DNA of 64,000 nt, taken from NCBI GenBank assembly GCA_963666835.2, contig CAXXGO010000001.1:1728001-1792000 (forward strand), read 5' to 3'. Both the position numbers and the translations under genes were made by a program. This DNA comes from Phycisphaerae bacterium. GTDB taxonomy: Bacteria > Planctomycetota > Phycisphaerae > UBA1845. Position 1 is the first letter of the stretch, and the number at the start of each line of letters is the position of its first letter. Below are positions 1-10,617 of this stretch, piece after piece. Under the pieces are notes generated by a model. That model made no database searches. It had not been told where the DNA came from and worked only from the letters and a program-made list of their open reading frames with translations.

Positions 1-503
1 TTCTTCTCCACTCCACGCCCCGGCCGACCCGGTTCCCGGCCGCCAACGTATGTCTCGTCGACCTCCACAAGTCCCTGCAGGACATAACGTTGGCATCGTT
101 GACGCATGGCCTCGCGGAGCTTCTGCAGCATCATCCAGGCAGTCTGGTAGCAGACCTGGATCTGCTTGGCCAACGCCGTGGCCGCGAGGCCTTTCTTCGA
201 GTGAGCCTCTTGATACATAGCCCAGAACCACTTCCAGAGCGGCACGCGGGCACCGTGAAACACCGTGCCGGCCGTCGGTGAGGTCTGATGGTGACACTCC
301 CGGCACTCGACGAGCCCTCGGGTCGGGAGCCACCATCCGCGGTTATGCCCACAGTCCGGGCAGACGAACCGTTCCAGGTTCGGTCCCCAGCGAGCCTTTC
401 GCAGATACGCGGCACAGGCCGCATCATCTCCGAAGCGACGCATAAACGACGCTACATCCAAGATCTTGGGCACGGGATGCTTCGGGCGAATCTCGTCAGA
501 CAT
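1..503 (-). CDS. IS1595-family transposase (N-terminal part; runs off window start)
   Basis: Manual translation from ATG at 503 (GGAGGAG RBS upstream): Zn-ribbon FVCPDCG...VECRECHHQTSPTAGTVFH, HTH segment ALAKQIQVCYQTAWMMLQKLR, and catalytic VEVDETYVGG. Not in the ORF track because it is open-ended. Confidence 0.92.
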   Translation of the reverse strand, partial: MSDEIRPKHPVPKILDVASFMRRFGDDAACAAYLRKARWGPNLERFVCPDCGHNRGWWLPTRGLVECRECHHQTSPTAGTVFHGARVPLWKWFWAMYQEAHSKKGLAATALAKQIQVCYQTAWMMLQKLREAMRQRCQRYVLQGLVEVDETYVGGREPGRPGRGVEK

Positions 504-582
504 GGCCGACCTCCTCCATGAACCATGAAATCGTAAGCCCTAACAAATACCGTACTTAGCCGCCGGAGTCAAGTAGAGAATC
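1..582 (-). mobile_element. IS1595-family insertion sequence, left end near 582
   Basis: Transposase plus a putative terminal repeat GATTCTCTACTTGACTCCGG (minus strand, 582-563). The other end is outside the window. Confidence 0.7.
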
Positions 583-1206
583 AGGTCCCAGCATTATAGC
601 CATGAGGTCATTCATATTCACCAAGCCGTCCGGCCCCGTCCAGGATCCACCCACGGGCGGTCCCACGACATCGCCCCAGTATTTCTCGCTTGGTTTGGGA
701 GTTGATGAAATGACCAGCGGATCCGACCAGGTACTCGCACCGTCACCAGCCCGAACCTCGAACGTCGCGGCCGGGTGGATCATACAACTGCAGATGTGCA
801 GTGGCTCCTCCGGCCAGACCTGCACTAACGGCGTGGAGACCAGCCGATAAACGCCACGAGCCGATACCGCACCGACATACTTGGTCTCGCCGACCGAGTC
901 CGGGAAGTACAAGCTGGACGCCACTTTCACCTGCAGCGCAACCGGATTACCCACATTCTCCGCCATGATCGAGATGTAGCGGTTCTTTGTGTCGTCTTCG
1001 GGAGGCGGCGGCAGCACGGGAGACTCATACGGATCGCGGGCATCGCCATAGTCTGACTCTCCCTCAGTCCAATCGTCGTTCGCAGGCTGGGGAGCATAGT
1101 CGGTGGAATCGGATAAGGCGCCATGGACGCTCCAGCCAAACACAATCAGCCCTGCAACCGCCAACCCTGCGATTGCACACTTCCGGTGAATTCGTGTGTC
1201 TTTCAT
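556..1206 (-). CDS. Secreted protein with C-terminal dockerin/EF-hand-like motif, probably truncated by the IS
   Basis: ATG at 1206 with GGAGG RBS; N-terminal signal/TM segment; WGDVVG...WTGPDGLVNMNDLMAI motif. The last codons (DSLLDSGG*) lie inside the putative IS end. Confidence 0.65.
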   Translation of the reverse strand: MKDTRIHRKCAIAGLAVAGLIVFGWSVHGALSDSTDYAPQPANDDWTEGESDYGDARDPYESPVLPPPPEDDTKNRYISIMAENVGNPVALQVKVASSLYFPDSVGETKYVGAVSARGVYRLVSTPLVQVWPEEPLHICSCMIHPAATFEVRAGDGASTWSDPLVISSTPKPSEKYWGDVVGPPVGGSWTGPDGLVNMNDLMAIMLGPDSLLDSGG

Positions 1207-1899
1207 GACTGTTGACCTCCGTTGTTTAGATACGAACACCTCAACCTATGAGATAAACATGCCCTCTCGGAAGGGCGCAGTATATGTGCTGTGAAATAAA
1301 GGGACTGCCCAAGGGGCTCTGCCCGGTGAGCGACGGATACGCGTAATCGCTGGTCGGCTCTCGGCAAGGAGGCGGCGATGCCGCGTCGCTGCGGGTATTC
1401 GGAAAAGGTCCGCCTGTGGTCGGTCGGCAAGGGCTCCCGTTTCCAGCCGGTCATAATGACCCTCCGTACGTGCGGCGAGGAATCGGATGCTCGACCGCTT
1501 GGCCGGAGTCTGTGACCGATGTCGGCAGAGTGCCGGAGACGTCCGAGCCCCGGTCAAGTCCTCGCCACGGCCGCGGCCCGAGCGGAGCGCGAGCGAGCTG
1601 CGATTGGTGAGAAGCCCGATCACCCTCCACAATCGAATTATAGGAACACTCGCTAGAAAAAAGCAAGCGAAAAACGCCCATCGCGAGAAATTCGTCCTTA
1701 ATCTGCGCGGTTCCATTCCTACTTCCTAGGGGGCGGAATGGCCTGTGAGCTGGGCCGGCTGGCGGGTTGCTCAACCGTAAGGGCGGTTGCGTGAACCGCC
1801 GGGGTTGATTTCGGCGCCGTTTTGCCGCGAAATAGCTGCGAAGGGCCTGGCAGGCTGACGTGCTCTCGACGCGCCGGCAGGATCAGGGACCCTGTGAAG

Positions 1900-1983
1900 G
1901 CGGCTGTGGCGGAATTGGCAGACGCGCCAGACTTAGGATCTGGTGGCCGAGAGGCCGTGGAGGTTCGAGTCCTCTCAGCCGCA
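1900..1983 (+). tRNA. tRNA-Leu(TAG)
   Basis: Acceptor stem GCGGCTG/CAGCCGC, D-arm GGAATTGGCAGAC, anticodon stem CCAGA-CTTAGGA-TCTGG, long variable arm, GTTCGAGT T-loop; CCA not encoded. Confidence 0.97.
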
Positions 1984-2140
1984 ATAATCTACATGCATGC
2001 CTGTCTGCGCTGGCATCGCAGGGCAATTGTACAGCCCCGGCAACGATGACGGCAGGTCTCGTTCCGCGTCGCCGTGCGGCCGTCTCGCGGGGCTCTGACG
2101 CGCCTTAATGAAGTTGATAGAAACGCGGCGGGGGAGGCCT

Positions 2141-2602
2141 TCACATCGGTTCGATCGGGTAGGCGGGGGCTCCGGCCGTATGGACCGGGACGGACATCGA
2201 GGCATGGTAGACCTCGGTGCATACGGACCATCTTACGGCCAGGGTCGCGTAGATAAGGAGCACAACGAGGGCCCCGAGCTCGGTGATACGGGCGGTGCGG
2301 TACTTGAGCAACGGATAGCTGCCGATGAAGACCAGGCCTATCTTGTAGAGGATCAGGGGGACGGTCCCGGTGGCCAGCACTCCGCGTGCGACGGGGTTTT
2401 GCTCGTGCAGGAGCCCCTGATCGTGCGCAAGGATGGTAAGGACCAGGTCGAACGCGTTGATCAACCAGATGCCCGCCACCAGACAGATAACACGGTGCGA
2501 TCTGGCGTCTACCAGACATCCGACGCACCACTGTGCCCATTCTTGGAAGTCGCGGCTCCGGCCCAACGCACCGTTCGGCGGTGTCGTGGAGTACAGGGGC
2601 AT
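2141..2602 (-). CDS. DUF5658-like membrane protein
   Basis: NAFDLVLT...EQNPVA motif with 3 hydrophobic segments. Confidence 0.7.
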   Translation of the reverse strand: MPLYSTTPPNGALGRSRDFQEWAQWCVGCLVDARSHRVICLVAGIWLINAFDLVLTILAHDQGLLHEQNPVARGVLATGTVPLILYKIGLVFIGSYPLLKYRTARITELGALVVLLIYATLAVRWSVCTEVYHASMSVPVHTAGAPAYPIEPM

Positions 2603-3135
2603 GCGTGTACATCGGAACGCCGGCGACGCGACATGATGGTGGCCCGAGAAGGTGATAAGGTCCTATAAAAACAATGCGTTTTGCCGTAGAAGAAGGGTAT
2701 TCCCTCGCTGTTCGGGAGCGCGGCGACCCTTAGGCGCGTTGCAGACGCCGGGGGAATCTCCAGGGGAGCTGCGTGTTCGAACGTGTCCCGATCCCGCCGG
2801 GTGTGGTCGAGTCGGCTGGCGGTTCATCCTGAGCGTCGGGAACAGGTGTCCTCCGCAGATGGGATCGTCGCACAACGCCGTGCCGACGGTAACGCACGGA
2901 GCGATGTCCGAGGCTCGCTTGGCCATGTTGTCAGGAGGGAAGAAGAGGCAGAGGAGCCGACTCCTGTATCCCGGCCCTTCAGCTCCACACAGGGGGGCGA
3001 CGGGACGTACGCAGCATCGCTGCCGTATGACACTCTTCCACGTCTTTCAAAACATTTGAAAGGTTTTGGAGTGCAGGGCGTGGGGCAGTAGAATCCAATC
3101 CGGTATTCGATAGACGAGGATTCGCAGGCGGATAG

Positions 3136-4152
3136 TTGGACGATCCAGTTCTCGTGAAGTGTGAGCAGTTGACCGACGTTGCACCTCCTTTGAGTGATCT
3201 GTACGCGCCGGTTCGATCGGACTTGGGCGAGGTCGCGCGAATCTTCGACGAGGAGCTGGTCAGCGAACAACCGTTTATTAACGCGCTGTGTGACACAGTC
3301 CGGTCATATCGTGGGAAGATGCTGAGGCCCGCGATGCTGCTGCTGGCCGGGCAAGGAGGAGGAGAGTTGTCGCCGGACCATCACCGGCTGGGCGCGGTCA
3401 TCGAGATGGTACACATGGCCACGCTTGTACACGATGACATCCTCGATGAGGCGGACGAGCGTCGTGGACAACCTTCGGTGAACTCGCTCTCGGGCAATGT
3501 TGCGGCCGTGCTCCTGGGCGACTACCTCATCAGCCACGCCTATCATCTCTGCAGTTCGGTCGGGGACACCCATGCGGCGAAACGGGTTGCGGACGCGACC
3601 AACACGGTCTGCGAAGGCGAACTTCTGCAGGATCAGCATTGTGGGGATCCGGAGGTCACCGAGTCGCTCTATTACGATATCGTGCGTCGCAAGACCGGGG
3701 CGCTGACGGCCATTGCGGGTGAACTCGGGGCGTATTACGCGGGGGCGGATGCCGAAGTGGTCGAGGCGATGCACTCGTTCGGAATGTCGGCCGGGGTCGC
3801 CTTTCAGATTGTCGATGATGTGTTGGATCTGGTTGGCGATCGGCGGAAGGTGGGCAAAACGCTCGGACGCGACCTTGCGATGGGCAAGCTGACTCTACCG
3901 ACTATTCACGGCATGGCCCATGCGGACGACGAGACGGCGGCAATCTTGCGTTCGGCAATTGTGGGTGAGGGGTCTTGGGATGCGGTTCAGCTTCGCGGCC
4001 GCCTGACGGAAGTCGGTAGTGTTGATTATGCCCTTGCGGCGGCTGCCGCCCATGTGGACACGGCGTTGGCCCAGCTTGTCCATCTTAAGCCCGGCAAGGC
4101 CCGATCGTCGCTTTCGGCGATGGCCGAGTTCATCGTTCGGCGGCATTTCTGA
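3136..4152 (+). CDS. Polyprenyl diphosphate synthase (IspB/HepT-like)
   Basis: GKMLRP, first DDxxD (HDDILD...RRG), KTG, second DDxxD (FQIVDDVLD). Confidence 0.93.
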   Translation: MDDPVLVKCEQLTDVAPPLSDLYAPVRSDLGEVARIFDEELVSEQPFINALCDTVRSYRGKMLRPAMLLLAGQGGGELSPDHHRLGAVIEMVHMATLVHDDILDEADERRGQPSVNSLSGNVAAVLLGDYLISHAYHLCSSVGDTHAAKRVADATNTVCEGELLQDQHCGDPEVTESLYYDIVRRKTGALTAIAGELGAYYAGADAEVVEAMHSFGMSAGVAFQIVDDVLDLVGDRRKVGKTLGRDLAMGKLTLPTIHGMAHADDETAAILRSAIVGEGSWDAVQLRGRLTEVGSVDYALAAAAAHVDTALAQLVHLKPGKARSSLSAMAEFIVRRHF

Positions 4153-4324
4153 TCGTGCGGTGGGCAGGGCTGTTGCAGCGTAATGTACGAGCGACGTGCT
4201 TCGGCCTTTCAAGTTTGTCGGTTTGTTTGCTATAATGACGGACGGCGGGATTCCGGGAACCTGAGGCTTCATCTGAGGCCTAGGCGACTGAGTCCCGGGG
4301 CTGCATTTCGGATGGAGTTTTGCC

Positions 4325-5431
4325 ATGTCCACGGTGCATGTTGCGTGGGCGCGAGCCGGCTTGTTGACGGTAGCGATTCTGCTCGGGTCGTTTCTGGTGC
4401 GCAGATCCGTAGCGGACGACGTGCATGAGAATCTTCCCGAGACGATAGTCCGTCAGTTCAACGGTCTGGAGGAGCAGCTCGAGGGGTTTGACTGGGAGGA
4501 GGAGCATCGCCGCATTACGGAGATGATCGACCGCGTGTGGGAACAGAACGGATGGGACGGAGAGGCCGATCTGTACGCGCGCGACTTGGCCAGAGACGTT
4601 GCCGCGATTCCCCCGTGGAAGTTCACGGAGCGGTTCGGGCTGTTCTCGCAGCGGATAACGGAGCGGTACCGCCTCTCACCGGAACAGTCCGGGTACTTTC
4701 AGGGCATGATGGTGCGGGAATTGGGCGGAGTCCTTCTCAAACACGGTCCAACGATTTTCGACCAAGTGCGGGAGGTTGTCGAGGTTCGCGATCGCGGAGA
4801 ACCGTTCACTGCGGAGCAAGTTGCACGTTGGACGAACGCGAGTCAGACGCTGTTCACCGATGCTCGCGGGGTCGCTGATCGTGTAATCGCGGGGCTGACC
4901 TCCAAGCTGCGGCCGGCGCAGCGGAAGACTCTGGCTCGGGACGTAGCTGCATTCGACCGCCGCTGGGACGCGCTTGAGGAGATGCGCAAACGGTGGAAAG
5001 CCGGCGGGTGGCGCCCGGGGGACTGGGGGTTTGGTAGTGGGAAGGTAGAGAGCCGGGGATTAGATGCCTCGGCACCGGATGCACGGCCCATCGCCGGCGG
5101 GAAGGCGGAACCGGTCAAGGCGTGGGAGAACGCTCGGGTTTCGCGGTGGGTGGCCCATGACCCGTCAACGTGGTATTCCCTTGTGTTGGATTGTCAGAGG
5201 CGGTACGACTTGGATTCGGGGCAGATGAGCGCGGCGCGGTCGATCCACGATGAGTTGGCGGAACGGGCGATGGCCTATACAGAGCCCAGAAGTGAGGCTT
5301 TGGAGAAGATCCCGCCAAAGGACCGGAGCACCCACGAGGCGTACGGGCCGGTTCGGGTGCTCTTCGAGCAGTTGCAGGAGCGGATCGAGGCGATTCCCAC
5401 ACGGAAGCAGCAAGACCAGGCCCGTTCGTAG
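4325..5431 (+). CDS. Hypothetical exported helical protein
   Basis: 368-aa ORF with GGAG RBS and N-terminal signal peptide. Confidence 0.7.
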   Translation: MSTVHVAWARAGLLTVAILLGSFLVRRSVADDVHENLPETIVRQFNGLEEQLEGFDWEEEHRRITEMIDRVWEQNGWDGEADLYARDLARDVAAIPPWKFTERFGLFSQRITERYRLSPEQSGYFQGMMVRELGGVLLKHGPTIFDQVREVVEVRDRGEPFTAEQVARWTNASQTLFTDARGVADRVIAGLTSKLRPAQRKTLARDVAAFDRRWDALEEMRKRWKAGGWRPGDWGFGSGKVESRGLDASAPDARPIAGGKAEPVKAWENARVSRWVAHDPSTWYSLVLDCQRRYDLDSGQMSAARSIHDELAERAMAYTEPRSEALEKIPPKDRSTHEAYGPVRVLFEQLQERIEAIPTRKQQDQARS

Positions 5432-5579
5432 AGGGTCTTCGAGGAGGGTCTTACGTCCCGGTTACCTGGGGGCGGTCTGCGGCGATCCGGCGGGTTTGAG
5501 CTGTGCGGCGAGCTCCGAAGTGCCGATTGAAGAAGTAGATGGTGTACCCGTATGGTGCGCCTAGTCAGGAGTTGAGCGT

Positions 5580-6686
5580 TTGACTAGTCAGGGAAAGACT
5601 TATTCTCGGACCCGGCGTCCGTTTGGTTGGGCTGTACCCGCTGTGTTGCTGGCAGTTGGGCAGGTTTGGGCTCAGGTTCAGAATCCCGCGCAGGTGATTG
5701 GGGATTCCTCGACGGATGTTTACGGTAACGCCCGTCCCTGGAGGGCTGAACGGCGGATCGTGGGCAGCTTTTCGCACGACGTCCAATACCAGGCGACCCA
5801 GGGGCTTCAGGATCTGGGCATGCGGGTGAACCAACGAGGCGCTCAGGCGGGGTTCTCTGTAGCCGGTGATCTGTTCGGACAATCTCGGAGCGTTCGGTAC
5901 CGAGCCGCACCGGTGTTTGGTGCGCCTACTTACGCGGCGCAAAGGACGTTTGCGCAGTACGGTGGGTTTGGGCGGCGGGTCCGATCAACGTATGAGGGGG
6001 ACATGTCCGCGGTGTTCTCCCGCCGGTATGCCTTGATTGAGGCGACGTCCCGGGCGGCGCCGGTTCGGCGGGCTCTCATGCGGCGAGGTTTGCGTTCGGT
6101 GGAGGGAGAAGCGGACGAAGGTGCTCCGCGTTTGCCGACCGAGGGCGTGGCGGATATGCCGACGGCCGAGCCGACTCTGGATGAGGAGTTGTCGAGAGGA
6201 GTCAGCCGTTCACACGGGCGAGTGCGCGACGATGCATGGGCGTTCTTCAAGGACGGCGAGTACCGTCGAGCGGCACGGGCGTTCGAGTCTGCCAGTGCCA
6301 TGGAGCCGACAGACTACGAGTCGCGGATCGGTGAGATCTTCTGCTATGCTTCGGTCGGGGCACTCCGGACTGCGACGGTGCTTCTTGGGAGTCTCAGCCG
6401 GCGCGATCCGAACCCGTTTCGCCACGACCTGAGAGTTGACGAGTTCTTCGAGGACCCGATTGCCGTTCGGGAAATTCAACTCCGATGCCGCGTATTCTCG
6501 CGCAGCAACCATGAGGTGGCGGATGCGTCGGCGCTGTATCCGTTTGTTTCGTGGTTTGTCGGGCAGCGTGAGGAGGCGGTTTCGGCGGCGGGCGAGCTTG
6601 TCCGAGTTTTCGAAGGAACCACGTATGCGGATTGGCCCAGATTGATGCGTTCGGCCGGCGAGACTGCCGGTGGAACGGTTGATTAA
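5580..6686 (+). CDS. Hypothetical exported protein with TPR-like C-terminus
   Basis: Signal peptide (VWA|Q); TPR-like AWAFFKDGEYRRAARAFESA. Confidence 0.7.
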   Translation: MTSQGKTYSRTRRPFGWAVPAVLLAVGQVWAQVQNPAQVIGDSSTDVYGNARPWRAERRIVGSFSHDVQYQATQGLQDLGMRVNQRGAQAGFSVAGDLFGQSRSVRYRAAPVFGAPTYAAQRTFAQYGGFGRRVRSTYEGDMSAVFSRRYALIEATSRAAPVRRALMRRGLRSVEGEADEGAPRLPTEGVADMPTAEPTLDEELSRGVSRSHGRVRDDAWAFFKDGEYRRAARAFESASAMEPTDYESRIGEIFCYASVGALRTATVLLGSLSRRDPNPFRHDLRVDEFFEDPIAVREIQLRCRVFSRSNHEVADASALYPFVSWFVGQREEAVSAAGELVRVFEGTTYADWPRLMRSAGETAGGTVD

Positions 6687-6799
6687 TGGCCTCGCGACGT
6701 TCTTCTGCGCCTCCTTTGCGCGGGGGCGACTTGTTACCGTTGGCTTGGTCCGTTTGCGGCGGCGACTGATCCGAGCCGGATGAAGATTGGGCGGTTCTT

Positions 6800-8794
6800 G
6801 TGGTAAACACTGTGGAAAAGCCATCCGACCCTTTGCCGAGGTCTATGATCCGCAATCGTACTCTTGTGGTCGTGGCGGCGCATGGGGGGCTCTTCGCGCT
6901 GGCTCTACTGGCCGCGTTCCTGCTGGCGTACAACTTCAAATGGGTGCGTCGCGGGGACCAGGTCTATCCTTGGGTGATCTCGTTGTACTTCCCGCTGTTG
7001 GCCCTGGCGCTTCCGATCAAGCTGTTGGTGTTCCGGGTGACCCGGCAGTATCGAGGGACGTGGCGGTATGTGGGCTTACGGGATCTGTTCGGGGTCATTA
7101 GTGCGTCACTGGTCGGCACCTTCGTATTCCTGATCGCGTACTTCATCTTGGAGAACGCGTGGACGGAGCTGTTCGGCGGGCGTTTGATCGACCGCCACCC
7201 CGGTCCGGGACTGCGGGAATCGGCGGTGTTCGCCTTGGATTGGGCCGCGACGATCGTCTTCGTATCGGCGGCGCGTATTCTGGTCCGCTTCTATTACGAG
7301 GATATCCAGCCCAAGAGAGTGGGTAACCCCAAGCGGGTGCTGATCGTCGGGGCCGGCGATGCGGGGGAGACCGTGCTCCGGGAGTTGTTGCGCACCCGCC
7401 GAGATCCCTACGAATGTGTCGGATTCCTGGACGATAAGCCGGGGTCCTTGCACGGCTGGATTCACGGGGTGGAGATCGTGGGGTCGACCTCCCAGATCCG
7501 AAGGTTCTGTGAGGAGAAGGGCGTTGAGGAGGTGCTGATTGCCCTGCCGGATGCCTCGCCCAAGTTCATTCGGGGGTTGGTGGAGCAGTGCGAGGGGACG
7601 GGCGTGCTTTTTAGAACCGTGCCGGCGGTGACGGATGTTATCACCGGGCGAGTTAAGGTCAGTCAGCTCCGGGACGTCGATATTGACGATCTGCTGGGAC
7701 GCGAGCCGGTCCAGTTGGACGCGGACAAGATCGGTGCGCAACTGTGCGGGCGGCGCGTCCTGGTAACCGGGGCGGGGGGGAGTATCGGATCAGAGATGTG
7801 CCGGCAGATCGCGGCGTTCGGTCCACAACGGCTGATTCTCGTGGAGCAGGCCGAGAACGGCTTGTTCGAGATTGACCGTGAGCTGCGCAAGCGCCATGCC
7901 GAACTCGATATTGTCCCTTACGTGGCGGACATTACTGACCAGGTTCGCATTAGCGGGCTCATCGAGCGCGAGAAACCTACGATCGTCTTCCACGCCGCAG
8001 CCCACAAACACGTGCCGATGATGGAACGGAACCCGGGAGAGGCCATCAAGAACAACATCGGCGGGACCATGGTCGTGGCCGATGCCGCTTTGGCGGGCGG
8101 GGTCGAGAAGATGGTGATGATCTCGACGGACAAGGCGGTCAACCCGACGAGCACGATGGGTTGCTCGAAACGGGTGGCCGAGATGTATGTTCAGAGCCAG
8201 ACCGGGCGGGGGGCTACGCAGTTCGTTACAGTACGGTTCGGAAACGTCCTGGGCAGTAGTGGGAGCGTTGTGCCGATCTTCCGTGAGCAAATTGCCTTGG
8301 GCGGGCCGCTTACGGTTACTCACCCGGATATGGTTCGCTTTTTTATGACCATTCCCGAGGCGGCTCAACTGGTGTTGCAGGCGGGTACAATGGGCAAAGG
8401 TGGGGAAATCTACGTCCTGCACATGGGCGAGCCGGTCAAGATCGTTGATCTGGCGCGGGATATGATCACCCTGAGCGGGCTGCGGCCCGGCATCGACATA
8501 GAGATAGTGTTCTCCGGTAAACGCCGAGGCGAGAAGCTCTACGAGGAGTTGTCCGGGGAAGGGGAGGATATCGGAGATACCGCCCACCCCAAGATCGGTA
8601 TCTGGAAACACCGCACCGAGGATTGGGACGCCTTGCACCGGGGCATCGAGCGCATCCTCAGCGTTGCGGACGAGCTGTCCAACGGCGCTCTTCAGACCGA
8701 ACTCAAGCAACTCGTTCCGGAGTATGTTCCGGACATCGTCGTCGGCGAGCAAACGCCGTCGCCTCCCCCAGCCTCTGCGGTTGCACCTCAGTAG
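6800..8794 (+). CDS. Nucleoside-diphosphate sugar dehydratase/epimerase (CapD/PglF family)
   Basis: N-terminal TMs, CoA-binding-like GAGDAG, GAGGSIG, HAAAHKHVP, STDKAVNP, RFGNVLGSSGSV. Confidence 0.95.
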   Translation: MVNTVEKPSDPLPRSMIRNRTLVVVAAHGGLFALALLAAFLLAYNFKWVRRGDQVYPWVISLYFPLLALALPIKLLVFRVTRQYRGTWRYVGLRDLFGVISASLVGTFVFLIAYFILENAWTELFGGRLIDRHPGPGLRESAVFALDWAATIVFVSAARILVRFYYEDIQPKRVGNPKRVLIVGAGDAGETVLRELLRTRRDPYECVGFLDDKPGSLHGWIHGVEIVGSTSQIRRFCEEKGVEEVLIALPDASPKFIRGLVEQCEGTGVLFRTVPAVTDVITGRVKVSQLRDVDIDDLLGREPVQLDADKIGAQLCGRRVLVTGAGGSIGSEMCRQIAAFGPQRLILVEQAENGLFEIDRELRKRHAELDIVPYVADITDQVRISGLIEREKPTIVFHAAAHKHVPMMERNPGEAIKNNIGGTMVVADAALAGGVEKMVMISTDKAVNPTSTMGCSKRVAEMYVQSQTGRGATQFVTVRFGNVLGSSGSVVPIFREQIALGGPLTVTHPDMVRFFMTIPEAAQLVLQAGTMGKGGEIYVLHMGEPVKIVDLARDMITLSGLRPGIDIEIVFSGKRRGEKLYEELSGEGEDIGDTAHPKIGIWKHRTEDWDALHRGIERILSVADELSNGALQTELKQLVPEYVPDIVVGEQTPSPPPASAVAPQ

Positions 8795-8978
8795 TAATCG
8801 GGAATAAGCGGCGACCTTGTCCGTTGCGTCGGTCACCACGGCGCGGCCGGGAAGTGTTGGCGGTGGCGTGGTCGGGGGTTAACATGCGCCGAGTCGTTAA
8901 CGCAACGCAAAGCAGAAGCTTTCGGCGACGAATGTTGCGACCCGCGTAGACCGCGGGCGTTCTTGAGGGGCTGATCCG

Positions 8979-10118
8979 GTGCGGCGCTTTTCTATCATAG
9001 CTTATCCGTGGGACCTCGCCGATGAAGGGTTCGAGTCCGTCCTGGACCGGCTCGGCGGTGAGGTGGGGGCGACGGGGCTTACTTTGTGGGGCGCGGCGCG
9101 TCCGATCCAGCGAGTACGAGTCCGGGCGGTCGAGCCGCGGGTTGTGCGGTGCGGCGGCGGAGCGCTCTTTCTGCCGAGCGACCGGCATTACGTGGATACG
9201 CCGTGCAAACCGGTGGTTTGCAGCCTGGTGCATCGTATGGCCCCGCTCTCTAAGATGGTCGAGGCGGCGCGGGTGCGGGGTTTGGATGTGCGGGTGGTTC
9301 TGTCGGCGGGGCTGACGGGGGAGATGGCCCGGCGCTACCCGGAGGTGGCTTGCGAGAACGTCTTTGGGGCCCGATCGCAGTATGGGGTGTGCGTGCGCAA
9401 TCCGGCCGTACAGAGTTGCCTTGCCGGGATGGTGGCGGATCTTTCGGCGGATCTGGAGCCCGACGGGGTGATCGTAACGGATGTGACGACCGGATGGCAC
9501 GAGGTCTACTCGGCCGACGTGGAGGGCATCGACTCGCTCGGCGCAAGCGAGCGTGCTCTGCTGTCGCTTTGTTTCTGTGCGGCGTGCCGGGAAGCGGCCC
9601 AGGCCGAGGGCGTCGACGTCCGGGCGGCGCGAGAGTCTGCCAAGGCCGTCTTGCAGGCCGCGTTGGAACGCTCCGGCGGGACCACGGCCGGGGTGTTGCT
9701 GGAAAGCGCTCCGCCAGTTGCCGGTTTCGTTAAATGGCAGGCGGGCAGGGTAGGTCGACTATTGGACCGGCTGACCGATGGTTGCCCGGGCAAGTTGTAT
9801 CTTGACGGCGGCAATGCGAACCCGCTATTGGAGGGTTCTGTCAACATCCCGGAGTCGTCCGGGGTGATACGAATTCACGAGTACCGAGACAATGCGGGGG
9901 ACATGAAGGTCCACGGGCGCGGAGATGAGCTGCGCATCCCTGCTGCGGTTACGGCCGGTGGTGGCGGTGCGCATTTGGTCAAGGCTCTGCCCGAGGCGTT
10001 GGAATCCGGCTTCGTCGGCTTCGACATAGACGATTATGGTCTGCTGTCCGATGCCGGTCTGACCAGCGTGAAACAAGCGTTCCGGATAGGTCGACGGTCG
10101 GGGGGCGACGGTGGTTGA
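8979..10118 (+). CDS. Putative glycoside hydrolase-like TIM-barrel protein
   Basis: YPWD N-terminus, CVRNP and LCFCAACR motifs typical of uncharacterised GH-like barrels. Confidence 0.55.
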   Translation: MRRFSIIAYPWDLADEGFESVLDRLGGEVGATGLTLWGAARPIQRVRVRAVEPRVVRCGGGALFLPSDRHYVDTPCKPVVCSLVHRMAPLSKMVEAARVRGLDVRVVLSAGLTGEMARRYPEVACENVFGARSQYGVCVRNPAVQSCLAGMVADLSADLEPDGVIVTDVTTGWHEVYSADVEGIDSLGASERALLSLCFCAACREAAQAEGVDVRAARESAKAVLQAALERSGGTTAGVLLESAPPVAGFVKWQAGRVGRLLDRLTDGCPGKLYLDGGNANPLLEGSVNIPESSGVIRIHEYRDNAGDMKVHGRGDELRIPAAVTAGGGGAHLVKALPEALESGFVGFDIDDYGLLSDAGLTSVKQAFRIGRRSGGDGG

Positions 10119-10617
10119 CTTGGTCAGGATCTGGCGGCGCGTCGACAAGCGCCGGATCTGCAACGGCGATGTAATGCTATGTCGTGTGGGCAGTAATCGG
10201 ACGAGCTTCTGAGGTCGCGGGACTTCTCCGACTGTTTGGCGAACATGCACGTTGTGGTGCGAGACGCGCCGAAACCGTTAGGGGCATGGGCCGCCGCTTT
10301 GGGTGTTTATAACTTCATCGTGGCGAGGGTTGAGGGGAAGCCGAATCAGTGTTATTCCGCCGTGCTTGCCAGACAGGGCTTATTCGGGTATGTCATGTGA
10401 GTGACGGAGGGGTGCTCTCGGACCGGGTCGGTGGTCTACTCGGGGCCATTTCCGGTGGCACGGCTGTGTACCGGCGCGCGTCGATCGTTGGGTCTGACGA
10501 CGCGGATGCTAGCACAGTACGCCGCGCGAGCTGGCACGCGTGGCGCGCGACAGCCGGGGAGTAGTGACAGTGGTGTGAGAGGGCGGCGGCCCATTGCGGG
10601 AAAGAGCTATTTCGGCA

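Noticed and set aside
10236..10290. attC site before the HNH gene
   Set aside because: GTTAGGG is present but a complementary R'' box and L boxes are not convincing, and there is no integrase.
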